From positions 1,023 to 65,022 of the forward strand of contig DHCV01000027.1 in assembly GCA_002399025.1 (NCBI GenBank): DNA of 64,000 nucleotides, in the 5' to 3' direction. Every line of letters begins with the position of its first letter. The first letter of the stretch is position 1. Shown in pieces: positions 46,223 through 54,379 of the stretch. The notes below the pieces were generated by a model. It saw nothing but the letters and a program-made list of their open reading frames with translations. It made no database searches and was not told where the DNA came from. The position numbers were made by a program, and so were the translations under genes. This DNA is from Bacteroidales bacterium UBA4893 (GTDB taxonomy: Bacteria > Bacteroidota > Bacteroidia > Bacteroidales > P3).

Positions 46223-49200
46223 ATGGCAAAATTTACTCATCTTCACGTTCACTCTCAATATTCTATCTTGGATGGGGCTGCAAGTATTTCTGGTTTGATT
46301 AATAGGGCAAAAGAGCTTTCAATGAATGCTTTGGCAATAACAGATCATGGTAATTTATATGGTGTTTTTGATTTTCATACTATGGCTCTTAAGAATGGCA
46401 TTAAGCCATTGATTGGGAGTGAGGTTTATGTTGCAAGAGAAAGTCGTTTTAAGAAAGATGGAAGGAATTTTAGTGGAGATCATCTAATACTAATTGCCAA
46501 AAATGCAAAGGGTTATCAGAATTTAATGAAGCTAAGTTCACTTTCTTTTGACCCAAAATCATTTTATCGTACTTCGAGAATTGACAAAGAACTCCTCTTT
46601 GAATATAGCGAAGGGTTGATTTGTTCCTCTGCATGTTTGGGAGGTATTGTCCCTCAGTATATTCTTTCAAATAATATTGAGGATGCTGAAAAAACTGTTC
46701 AGGAATACAAGAGTGTTTTTGGGGATGATTACTATTTGGAAATTCAGAATCATGGTTTAGAAGAGCAGGCTATGGTCAAAGAAAAGATAATTGAAATTGC
46801 AAAGAAATATGAAGTAAAGGTTATTGCAACTAATGATGTTCATTATATTAATTCTACTGATTTTGATGCTCATAAGATTTTGATTTGTCTTAATACTGGT
46901 CAAAAGCTTAGCGAATATTCTAAAATGCATTATACAGGCTTAGAGTATTTTAAGTCTCAAGAAGAGATGGAAGAATTGTTTGCTGATATTCCTGAGGCTA
47001 TTTCAAACACTCAAGAGATTGTTGACAAGGTTGAGGAATATCCACTGAAACGTGACCCAATCTTACCGGTTTTTGATATACCAAATAGCTTTGGACTAAT
47101 TGAAGATTTTATTAAAAAGTATCCTAAGGAGGAAATTGAAAAAGAGTTATCTGAAGAGGAAATAACTAAAAAAGGAGGATATGAAAAGATAATAAGAACA
47201 AGGTTTGAGTTTGAGTATTTAAAACATTTGACTTTCAATGGAGCTAAGAAGAAATATGGAGAAGAATTATCTGATGAGTTGATAGAAAGAATTGATTTTG
47301 AACTCTCAACCATAAATAATATGGGCTACCCTGGCTATTTTCTAATTGTTCAAGATTTTATCAACTATTCACAAGACCATTTAGGTGTTATTGTTGGTCC
47401 GGGTAGAGGTTCTGCAGCTGGAAGTGTTGTGGCTTATTGTCTGGGAATCACTGCAATTGACCCTATTAAATATGGACTTCTTTTTGAAAGATTCTTAAAT
47501 CCTGATAGAGTTTCATTGCCCGATGTTGATGTTGATTTTGATGATGAAGGAAGAGCAAGAGTTTTGGAGTATGTTCAAGAGAAATACGGTTCTGCACATG
47601 TTGCTCAAATCATTACTTTCGGTGCTATGGCTGCTAAAAGTTCAATTAGGGACGTTGCAAGAGTTTTAGAACTTCCTCTTCCAGAGTCTGACAGATTGGC
47701 TAAATTGGTTCCTGATAAACCTGGAACAACTTTAGAAGAAGCATATAAGGACGTTCCTGAGCTTAGAGATGCTCTTGAAAATGGAACAGAATTGGTTAAA
47801 AAGACTTTAAAGTTTGCAAAGGAGCTTGAAGGCTCAATAAGAAATATTGGTACTCATGCATGTGGAGTTATAATTGGTCCTGATGATCTTTCAAAATATA
47901 TTCCTTTGGCTACAGCAACTGCAAAGGATGAGCAATCCATAATAACACAATTTGAAGGAAAGATTGTTGAGGATGTAGGAATGATTAAGATGGACTTTTT
48001 GGGACTTAAAACACTTTCCATAATAAAAGATGCTTGTGCCAATATTCAAAAATCTCATCAAATTCATATTAATCCTCGCGAAATTCCATTGGATGACAAA
48101 CCAACTTTTGAACTTTTCCAAAGAGGAGATTCTATAGGGACTTTCCAATTTGAAAGCGATGGGATGAGGCAGCATATGCAAAATCTAAAGCCCGATAGGT
48201 TTGAGGATTTAATTGCAATGAATGCCCTATATCGTCCTGGTCCAATGCAATATATTCCTAACTATATAGCAAGAAAACATAAAAGAGAAAAGATAGTCTA
48301 CGATATTCCAGAGATAATGGAGAAATACTTAGGTGAAACCTATGGAATTACAGTTTATCAAGAACAGGTTATGCAGCTTTCACAAGCAATTGCTGGATTT
48401 ACAAAAGGACAGGCCGATACCCTTCGTAAGGCAATGGGGAAAAAGCAAAAAAAGGACATGGACGTATTGAAAGAGAAGTTTTTGGATGGCAGTAAGGAAA
48501 GAGGACACGATAAAGATTTAATTGAAAAGATTTGGCATGATTGGGAAAAGTTTGCCGAATATGCTTTTAATAAATCTCATTCCACTTGCTATGCCTACAT
48601 TGCTTATCAAACCGCATGGTTAAAAGCACATTATCCAGCAGATTTTATGTCTTCAGTGTTAACTCATAACCTAAGTGATATTAAGAAGATTACCTATTAT
48701 ATTGAGGAGGCTCAAAGGCTAAAGATTTCTGTTCAAGGACCAGATATAAATGAATCAGAAATAAATTTTGCAGTAAACAAAAAGGGAGAAATCCGTTTTG
48801 GACTTGCTGCAATTAAGAGTGTTGGAGTTAATGCAGCACAAGAAATAATTAGGGAAAGAGATGAGAATGGACCTTTTCTATCTCCATTTGACTTCATAAG
48901 AAGGGTAAATGTTAATAAAAGATGTATTGAGGCATTAGTAAGTGCTGGCTCATTTGATAGCTTTACCAAGTATCATAGAGCACAATATTTTAACAAGGTA
49001 AAAACAGCTAATAACGACGAAATAACTATTATTGAGAAATTGGTTATATATGGAAACAAGATTAAGAATAATGAAAATTCTTCACAAGTTTCCTTATTTG
49101 AAGATAGTATTGAAGAAACTTACGCTGAACCTGAAATTCCTAATTGTATTGAATGGTCAAAGATCGAAATACTTAAGCAGGAAAAAGAATCAATTGGTTT

Positions 49201-49840
49201 CTATATATCTGGACACCCATTGGATAGGTTTACTTTAGAACAAAAACTATTTGAGAACACAAAACTCTCAGAACTTTCAGAAAGCCTTACTCCATTTGAA
49301 AATAAGATATTATACTTTGTAGGGATGATAACAAACAGCCAGGAAAAATTGACAAAAACTGGCAAAAATTATGGTAGCTTTGTTTTTGAAGACGAAACTT
49401 CAAGTAGAGAGATTACTCTTTTTAGTAAAGATTATATCAACTTCCATAAATATTTGATTGATGGGTTATTCGTCTTACTTAAAGCTACAGTTAAGAAAAA
49501 AGGATGGGGAGATGAAAATAGTAAGGATGCATTAGAATTTAAGATTTTACAAATTGAAGAATTAGATGAGGTGTTGGTTAAGTATGCAAAAGGTATTAAA
49601 TTAGTTATGCCTATTGAAAATGTAAATAATGAATTTGTTGAAAAGGTTTTGAAAGCAGCTAAAAAATCAAAAGGAAATTCTTTAGTCTCTTTCTTTGTTA
49701 TTGATTCAGAAGCAGATGTTGAAGTTACTCTAAAAGCAAGAAAACACATGGTTTCAATCCCTAAGTTTTTGGAAGAGATAAAAGAATATATTGAAAATAG
49801 AACTATTTATTCATATGATGTTGATGTTAGCACAATGTAA
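46223..49840 (+). CDS. dnaE: DNA polymerase III alpha subunit
   Basis: 1205-aa ORF with the PHP domain start FTHLHVHSQYSILDGA, the polymerase core (GRGSAAGSVVAYCLGIT, PDVDVDF) and the OB-fold region. Confidence 0.97.
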   Translation: MAKFTHLHVHSQYSILDGAASISGLINRAKELSMNALAITDHGNLYGVFDFHTMALKNGIKPLIGSEVYVARESRFKKDGRNFSGDHLILIAKNAKGYQNLMKLSSLSFDPKSFYRTSRIDKELLFEYSEGLICSSACLGGIVPQYILSNNIEDAEKTVQEYKSVFGDDYYLEIQNHGLEEQAMVKEKIIEIAKKYEVKVIATNDVHYINSTDFDAHKILICLNTGQKLSEYSKMHYTGLEYFKSQEEMEELFADIPEAISNTQEIVDKVEEYPLKRDPILPVFDIPNSFGLIEDFIKKYPKEEIEKELSEEEITKKGGYEKIIRTRFEFEYLKHLTFNGAKKKYGEELSDELIERIDFELSTINNMGYPGYFLIVQDFINYSQDHLGVIVGPGRGSAAGSVVAYCLGITAIDPIKYGLLFERFLNPDRVSLPDVDVDFDDEGRARVLEYVQEKYGSAHVAQIITFGAMAAKSSIRDVARVLELPLPESDRLAKLVPDKPGTTLEEAYKDVPELRDALENGTELVKKTLKFAKELEGSIRNIGTHACGVIIGPDDLSKYIPLATATAKDEQSIITQFEGKIVEDVGMIKMDFLGLKTLSIIKDACANIQKSHQIHINPREIPLDDKPTFELFQRGDSIGTFQFESDGMRQHMQNLKPDRFEDLIAMNALYRPGPMQYIPNYIARKHKREKIVYDIPEIMEKYLGETYGITVYQEQVMQLSQAIAGFTKGQADTLRKAMGKKQKKDMDVLKEKFLDGSKERGHDKDLIEKIWHDWEKFAEYAFNKSHSTCYAYIAYQTAWLKAHYPADFMSSVLTHNLSDIKKITYYIEEAQRLKISVQGPDINESEINFAVNKKGEIRFGLAAIKSVGVNAAQEIIRERDENGPFLSPFDFIRRVNVNKRCIEALVSAGSFDSFTKYHRAQYFNKVKTANNDEITIIEKLVIYGNKIKNNENSSQVSLFEDSIEETYAEPEIPNCIEWSKIEILKQEKESIGFYISGHPLDRFTLEQKLFENTKLSELSESLTPFENKILYFVGMITNSQEKLTKTGKNYGSFVFEDETSSREITLFSKDYINFHKYLIDGLFVLLKATVKKKGWGDENSKDALEFKILQIEELDEVLVKYAKGIKLVMPIENVNNEFVEKVLKAAKKSKGNSLVSFFVIDSEADVEVTLKARKHMVSIPKFLEEIKEYIENRTIYSYDVDVSTM

Positions 49841-49843
49841 TCG

Positions 49844-50773
49844 ATGGAAAATTATATTGCATTTGATACAATTAAATCATTAGCATTAAAAGCTGGATTT
49901 CAAGACTGTGGAGCAATTGAGATAAAGAAATTTGATATCTCTTTCTTTAAAAATTGGATAGACAGAGGATATAATGCTGATATGCAATATTTAGAAAGAT
50001 ACATTGATATTAGAGAAAATCCTTCTCTCCTACTTGAAAATTCAAAATCTTTAATTAGTTTTATTGTCTCTTACAACATTGAATTACCTGATAACAAAGA
50101 TGATAATATGCTTAAATTTGCTTCTTACAGCCTCTTTAATGACTATCATAAAGCAATTAAACAAGCATTATATGAATTAATTCATTGCATTCAAGATATT
50201 TATCCTAATTTTAAAGCTATTGCATTTGTTGATTCTGCTCCAATTTTAGAAAAAGTTATTGCAAAAGAAGCAGGCTTAGGATGGATTGGCAAAAACTCTT
50301 TATTGATTAATAAAACCTTTGGGAGTAAGATATTAATAGGAGAAATAATTACTAATTTCTCTACTGATTATAATAAAGATATTGAAATAGACTTATGCAA
50401 AGAATGTAATATATGCATTAATTCATGTCCAAACTCAGCAATCCTTAATAATAAAACCATAGATTCAAGGCTTTGCAATTCATATCATACAATTGAAAAC
50501 AAGCATAATATCCCCCCAAATATAAATCTAAACTATTATATTTTTGGTTGTGACATATGCCTTAAAGCCTGTCCTTGGAATAAAAAAGAAATAGAGATAT
50601 CTAAAATATTAACTCTAAACCCTAATATGCAAATATTTGAACAGAATATAAACAAAAAAATAACTGATAAAACAGATTTTAATAAAGCCAATAAGAACTC
50701 CTCTCTCTCAAGGATAAAGTTTTCAAAATTAATTGATAATATCAATCATAATGGGAAAGAAGTACTTCTTTGA
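49844..50773 (+). CDS. queG: Epoxyqueuosine reductase
   Basis: 309-aa ORF with GLGWIGKNSLLI and two 4Fe-4S motifs, CKECNICINSCP and CDICLKACPWN. Confidence 0.88.
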   Translation: MENYIAFDTIKSLALKAGFQDCGAIEIKKFDISFFKNWIDRGYNADMQYLERYIDIRENPSLLLENSKSLISFIVSYNIELPDNKDDNMLKFASYSLFNDYHKAIKQALYELIHCIQDIYPNFKAIAFVDSAPILEKVIAKEAGLGWIGKNSLLINKTFGSKILIGEIITNFSTDYNKDIEIDLCKECNICINSCPNSAILNNKTIDSRLCNSYHTIENKHNIPPNINLNYYIFGCDICLKACPWNKKEIEISKILTLNPNMQIFEQNINKKITDKTDFNKANKNSSLSRIKFSKLIDNINHNGKEVLL

Positions 50774-50787
50774 GTTAATTTACTTAT

Positions 50788-51405
50788 CTAAAATTGATAA
50801 ACAAGCTTTAAATTAGAATAAGAAATTATATCTGAACAAAATATCAAATCAGAGAATAAAGGAAGATTATGCCTTCTCCCTTGACTTAAATCTATATTTA
50901 ATGACGTTCGGAAGATGTGCCATACAAGCTCTGTACAATAAAAAGAAGTTGTGTCTTGCAAATCCATTGAAACATCAAATAACGGACTCCTATATATTAT
51001 TTCTTTCACTTTACTATAAATAAGAATTGTGTCTTCCTGTTGTAAATCTGCTCTGTAAATACCTCCTGACAATGCTTTATCAGTTGCAAAAAACTCTTCT
51101 ATCAACTCAACTTTTATCTTGTCCTTTTCATTCTTATTGCTTTCATTGGGAACTGCATGAACTACTCTCCATGCTGAATCAAACCAAATAACAAGACCTA
51201 CATGAGAATAGATACTCTTTTTATCAATGCCTTTAACAATTTCACTTTCAACACTTTTTCCCTCACGAAAGACTATGTCCCCCGTTTGAAAAACTAAATT
51301 AGAAGGAATTTGCCAGTTATTATGATCTTCTTTACATGAGAAAAATAAGAAACAAACAAAGCAAAACAAGCAAATAACCTTCTTCATTAGTTTAATCAAA
51401 AACAA
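50788..51405 (-). CDS. YiiX-type permuted papain-like (NlpC/P60 superfamily) lipoprotein
   Basis: 205-aa ORF with the lipobox FFSC (a shorter start, MKKVICLF at 51387, is possible). It has the His region SHVGLV and the Cys region FYCTELVW in permuted order. Confidence 0.65.
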   Translation of the reverse strand: MFLIKLMKKVICLFCFVCFLFFSCKEDHNNWQIPSNLVFQTGDIVFREGKSVESEIVKGIDKKSIYSHVGLVIWFDSAWRVVHAVPNESNKNEKDKIKVELIEEFFATDKALSGGIYRADLQQEDTILIYSKVKEIIYRSPLFDVSMDLQDTTSFYCTELVWHIFRTSLNIDLSQGRRHNLPLFSDLIFCSDIISYSNLKLVYQF

Positions 51406-51417
51406 TTTATTTATATA

Positions 51418-51850
51418 TTAAATTGTTTCATCAATTATTTTTCCTGACTGATAACCATTAACTTCTAAAGAACCCAATGTTTTAGGCTCACTTCGAAGTT
51501 CTTCTCTTAGTTTTTTACCTAAACGGAAAGTTACATTAACTCGCTTTATTGTATCGGCATTTGCCTCTTCCAAAGTATTAACGCTTCGAGCATTCAATGT
51601 TACGCTAAACTCTCCAAACTCATCCAAATCAACTCCTCTACCATCTTTAAAATACTTTCCCATTACAAAAAAAGAAATTATCAATAGCATTCTTAATATC
51701 CCCTCTTGAAAGAGAGGACAAGTCAGTCATATCATCATAAATCTGATTAATCTTGACTTTTTTCGTCTTTTTCTTTATTACAAGAAACTTATTTCCGGGA
51801 TTAAGTCCTGTTACGATCTTTCTTAATACCCTGATATACTCTATTGCCAT
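51418..51850 (-). pseudogene. HU-like (Bacteroidota HU_HIG-type) DNA-binding protein gene interrupted by a +1 frameshift in an A7/T7 run
   Basis: ORFs 51647-51850 (MAIEYIRVLRK...AIDNFFF) and 51418-51690 (...VMGKYFKDGRGVDLDEFGEFSVTL...) overlap. Removing one base of the run at 51667-51673 fuses them into one ~144-aa protein that is collinear with the family. Confidence 0.6.
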
Positions 51851-51945
51851 AATTTAAATATTTTTAATTTGTAATTAAATATCTATCTCTTAATGTTACT
51901 AAAATTCCCTCTTTTATCCTCATAATAAGTTTTCAGTACTATTAA

Positions 51946-52015
51946 AACAAGATTATGAGGCTACTATAACAAGATTATGAGGGCTTGAAAAGCTTGTTTT
52001 AGAAGCCTCATAATC
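51946..52015. repeat. Two 22-bp-spaced copies of AACAAGATTATGAGG plus inverted copies CCTCATAAT(C)
   Basis: Direct copies at 51946-51960 and 51968-51982. Inverted copies at 52006-52015 and 51918-51926. Confidence 0.8.
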
Positions 52016-52025
52016 CTTTATTAGT

Positions 52026-52406
52026 TTAATCTTTAATTTTCCAAACTCCTTCAATCAGTTCAAGTTTGATCTTGTCTTCTTTGTTCTCAGTCTTATCTGA
52101 CATTGTGGAGGTAAAAGAATACTTGACCTTAACAGTTGCTGTTTTACCATCTTCTACAATCTCTTCTGAAAGGATTTCATAGTCTTTCAAATCAAATTTA
52201 AAGCCCTCATACTTTGCAACTTCTTTTTTAATTTCCTCATCAGACATAGTAGTAAGAGACAAAGCCTTTTCTACTTTTCCACTTTTAAGAAAAGAATAAT
52301 ATTCATTTACAGTATTTTTTGGAGTTGATATTTTTCCTCCTTTACAGCCAATGATTAGGGCTGACACAATTAATATGAGTGATAACGCTCCTATAATTTT
52401 TTTCAT
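52026..52406 (-). CDS. DUF4878-like lipoprotein
   Basis: 126-aa ORF with the lipobox LIIGC. The motif VNEYYSFLKSGKVEKALSL resembles the DUF4878 N-terminus, recognised from memory. Confidence 0.55.
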   Translation of the reverse strand: MKKIIGALSLILIVSALIIGCKGGKISTPKNTVNEYYSFLKSGKVEKALSLTTMSDEEIKKEVAKYEGFKFDLKDYEILSEEIVEDGKTATVKVKYSFTSTMSDKTENKEDKIKLELIEGVWKIKD

Positions 52407-52454
52407 AAATCTTGTTTATTAAATTATTAAAATACATTTTTTCCATTTCACTGT

Positions 52455-53036
52455 CTATTCCCATGCAATTGGAATATTTCGAAATTCCATATTAGCATTA
52501 TCGTTGCCGCTGGCACCTTTGTCATTTCCCACATTTAACCACCACGCAATAGAAACCAATTCAAATGCTTCAAGAGTTGCCGGAACACTTTTAAAAGTAA
52601 CTTCATACCTTACAGCAATCCCATTTGGGCACCCCTTATCTACAGATGTATAAGCAGACTTGTTATTAAAAGAGTTGCCTGATTTGTCATAAGCCTTATC
52701 CATTCCTCTCCCTCCAACTCTGAAATCGGCTTTTAGTCTCTTTGATTTGGCTGTGAATGCAATCATTACAGTTTCCGATGCTCTATCTCCAACGCATTCT
52801 ACAAACTCAACATCAAGGTTTCTTTTGATCAAAGCAGGTATTACCGCAAATGGTTCATCGGTCATATTGATGCCAGTTGTCTGCTCTCCAACTTTTTTAA
52901 CAAAGGAACCGAACTTTGATTTCTTTTTTTCTTTTTTCTCTGCTTTTCCCTCTTTTTGTTCCTGAGCCTTTAATGACATTGGACAAACAGCTAATAATAC
53001 TGCAGCTAAAAACAGTATTGTAATTTTTTTGTTCAT
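52455..53036 (-). CDS. Secreted protein, function unknown
   Basis: 193-aa ORF with a signal peptide (MNKKITILFLAAVLLAVCPMSLKAQ) and a Lys/Glu-rich linker. No family was recognised. Confidence 0.55.
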   Translation of the reverse strand: MNKKITILFLAAVLLAVCPMSLKAQEQKEGKAEKKEKKKSKFGSFVKKVGEQTTGINMTDEPFAVIPALIKRNLDVEFVECVGDRASETVMIAFTAKSKRLKADFRVGGRGMDKAYDKSGNSFNNKSAYTSVDKGCPNGIAVRYEVTFKSVPATLEAFELVSIAWWLNVGNDKGASGNDNANMEFRNIPIAWE

Positions 53037-53313
53037 AAGTTTTTAATTTTTAGTAATTGATTTTGAATAATGGAAGCAAATTTAATTGAAGTCTATTTCT
53101 CAATACTTGCTTTAAATAAAATTTAACTGTCATTCTGTAAAAAAATATTTAACTATTTGAAAAGATGGAAAATGCATGAGAGAAAACTAATTTAAAAATC
53201 TGAAAAAGATTTATTTTACATCGTTAAATCTATAAAAAATAGTTTTAATAGTAAGTATTCTGATTTTTTTCTCGTACTTTGCATAGCAAAAAAGAAGAAA
53301 ATAAATAAGAATA

Positions 53314-54357
53314 ATGACAGATTTAAATATTTTATTATCATTTTTATATTTTACCTCAGGTATAAACTTTGCAGCTCTCTTTACTTGCTCAATAATACTT
53401 TACAAAAAAAGGAAGTATAGCTTCCAGAAATTTTTTGCTCTTACATTTTTTTATTGGGGCATTTCGTTTTGTAATATATTTTTCTATGATTACAAAGAAT
53501 TTCACAACATAAACTGCTTTTCAAACACCTTAATCCTTACTCTTGATTTTTGGATTGTAGGCTTTATGATAATATCTTTACTTCATCTTCTACATTATAA
53601 ATCTAGTTCTCTAAAACATACATATATTGTTTCTTTTCCATTTTTTCTTTTTACAATTAGCTTTTATATTACAAAATCGGAATATATACTATATATTTTG
53701 CAGTACTTTACAAGTATTTTATGTTTTGTGATGTATATATATATTGAAATTCAAGTTAGAAAATATGGGCGAAAAATAAAAGCTTACCACTCTAATCTGG
53801 AGAAGATACACCTACAATGGACAGTTAATATTCTTCGCATTTGCCTTCTTATAGTAATTCTATGGCTTATTTTAAGTTTCAATTTTACGCCTATTATAGA
53901 CCTTATATACAATCTCTTGATGCTACCATCAATTCTTTATATAAGCAAAAGAATCTACAATCAGGAACTTTCAAAAGAGTTAGACTTAATTGAGAAAGAA
54001 GAAATTAATTATAACTTCCATTTTGATATTTCAGAAATAATACGAGAAAAGCAATACTATTTAACTGAAGATTTGAATCTTGATGTACTTGCAAGTCACA
54101 TAGGCACCAATCGTACCTACCTATCTCGCTTTATAAACAATGAGTTAAAAACCAATTTTTACGATTATATAAATAATTTTCGAATTGAGCATGCTGAGAA
54201 TTTACTAAAAGATCCCAATTGTAAATTAAACTTAGAATCAATAGCATATGAGTCTGGATTTCGTTCTTACAGTACTTTTAATCGTTTTTTCAAGAAGAAA
54301 TATAACACAACACCAGGGGATTTTAGAACTAAACATTTAAATGGAAATTTTTTATAA
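53314..54357 (+). CDS. AraC-family transcriptional regulator with an N-terminal multi-TM membrane domain
   Basis: 347-aa ORF with about 6 hydrophobic helices over the first ~210 aa. The C-terminal HTH_18 region reads LASHIGTNRTYLSRFI...IAYESGFRSYSTFNRFFKKKYNTTPGDFR. Confidence 0.8.
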   Translation: MTDLNILLSFLYFTSGINFAALFTCSIILYKKRKYSFQKFFALTFFYWGISFCNIFFYDYKEFHNINCFSNTLILTLDFWIVGFMIISLLHLLHYKSSSLKHTYIVSFPFFLFTISFYITKSEYILYILQYFTSILCFVMYIYIEIQVRKYGRKIKAYHSNLEKIHLQWTVNILRICLLIVILWLILSFNFTPIIDLIYNLLMLPSILYISKRIYNQELSKELDLIEKEEINYNFHFDISEIIREKQYYLTEDLNLDVLASHIGTNRTYLSRFINNELKTNFYDYINNFRIEHAENLLKDPNCKLNLESIAYESGFRSYSTFNRFFKKKYNTTPGDFRTKHLNGNFL

Positions 54358-54379
54358 TTTCTCAATCAATTTATTTCTT

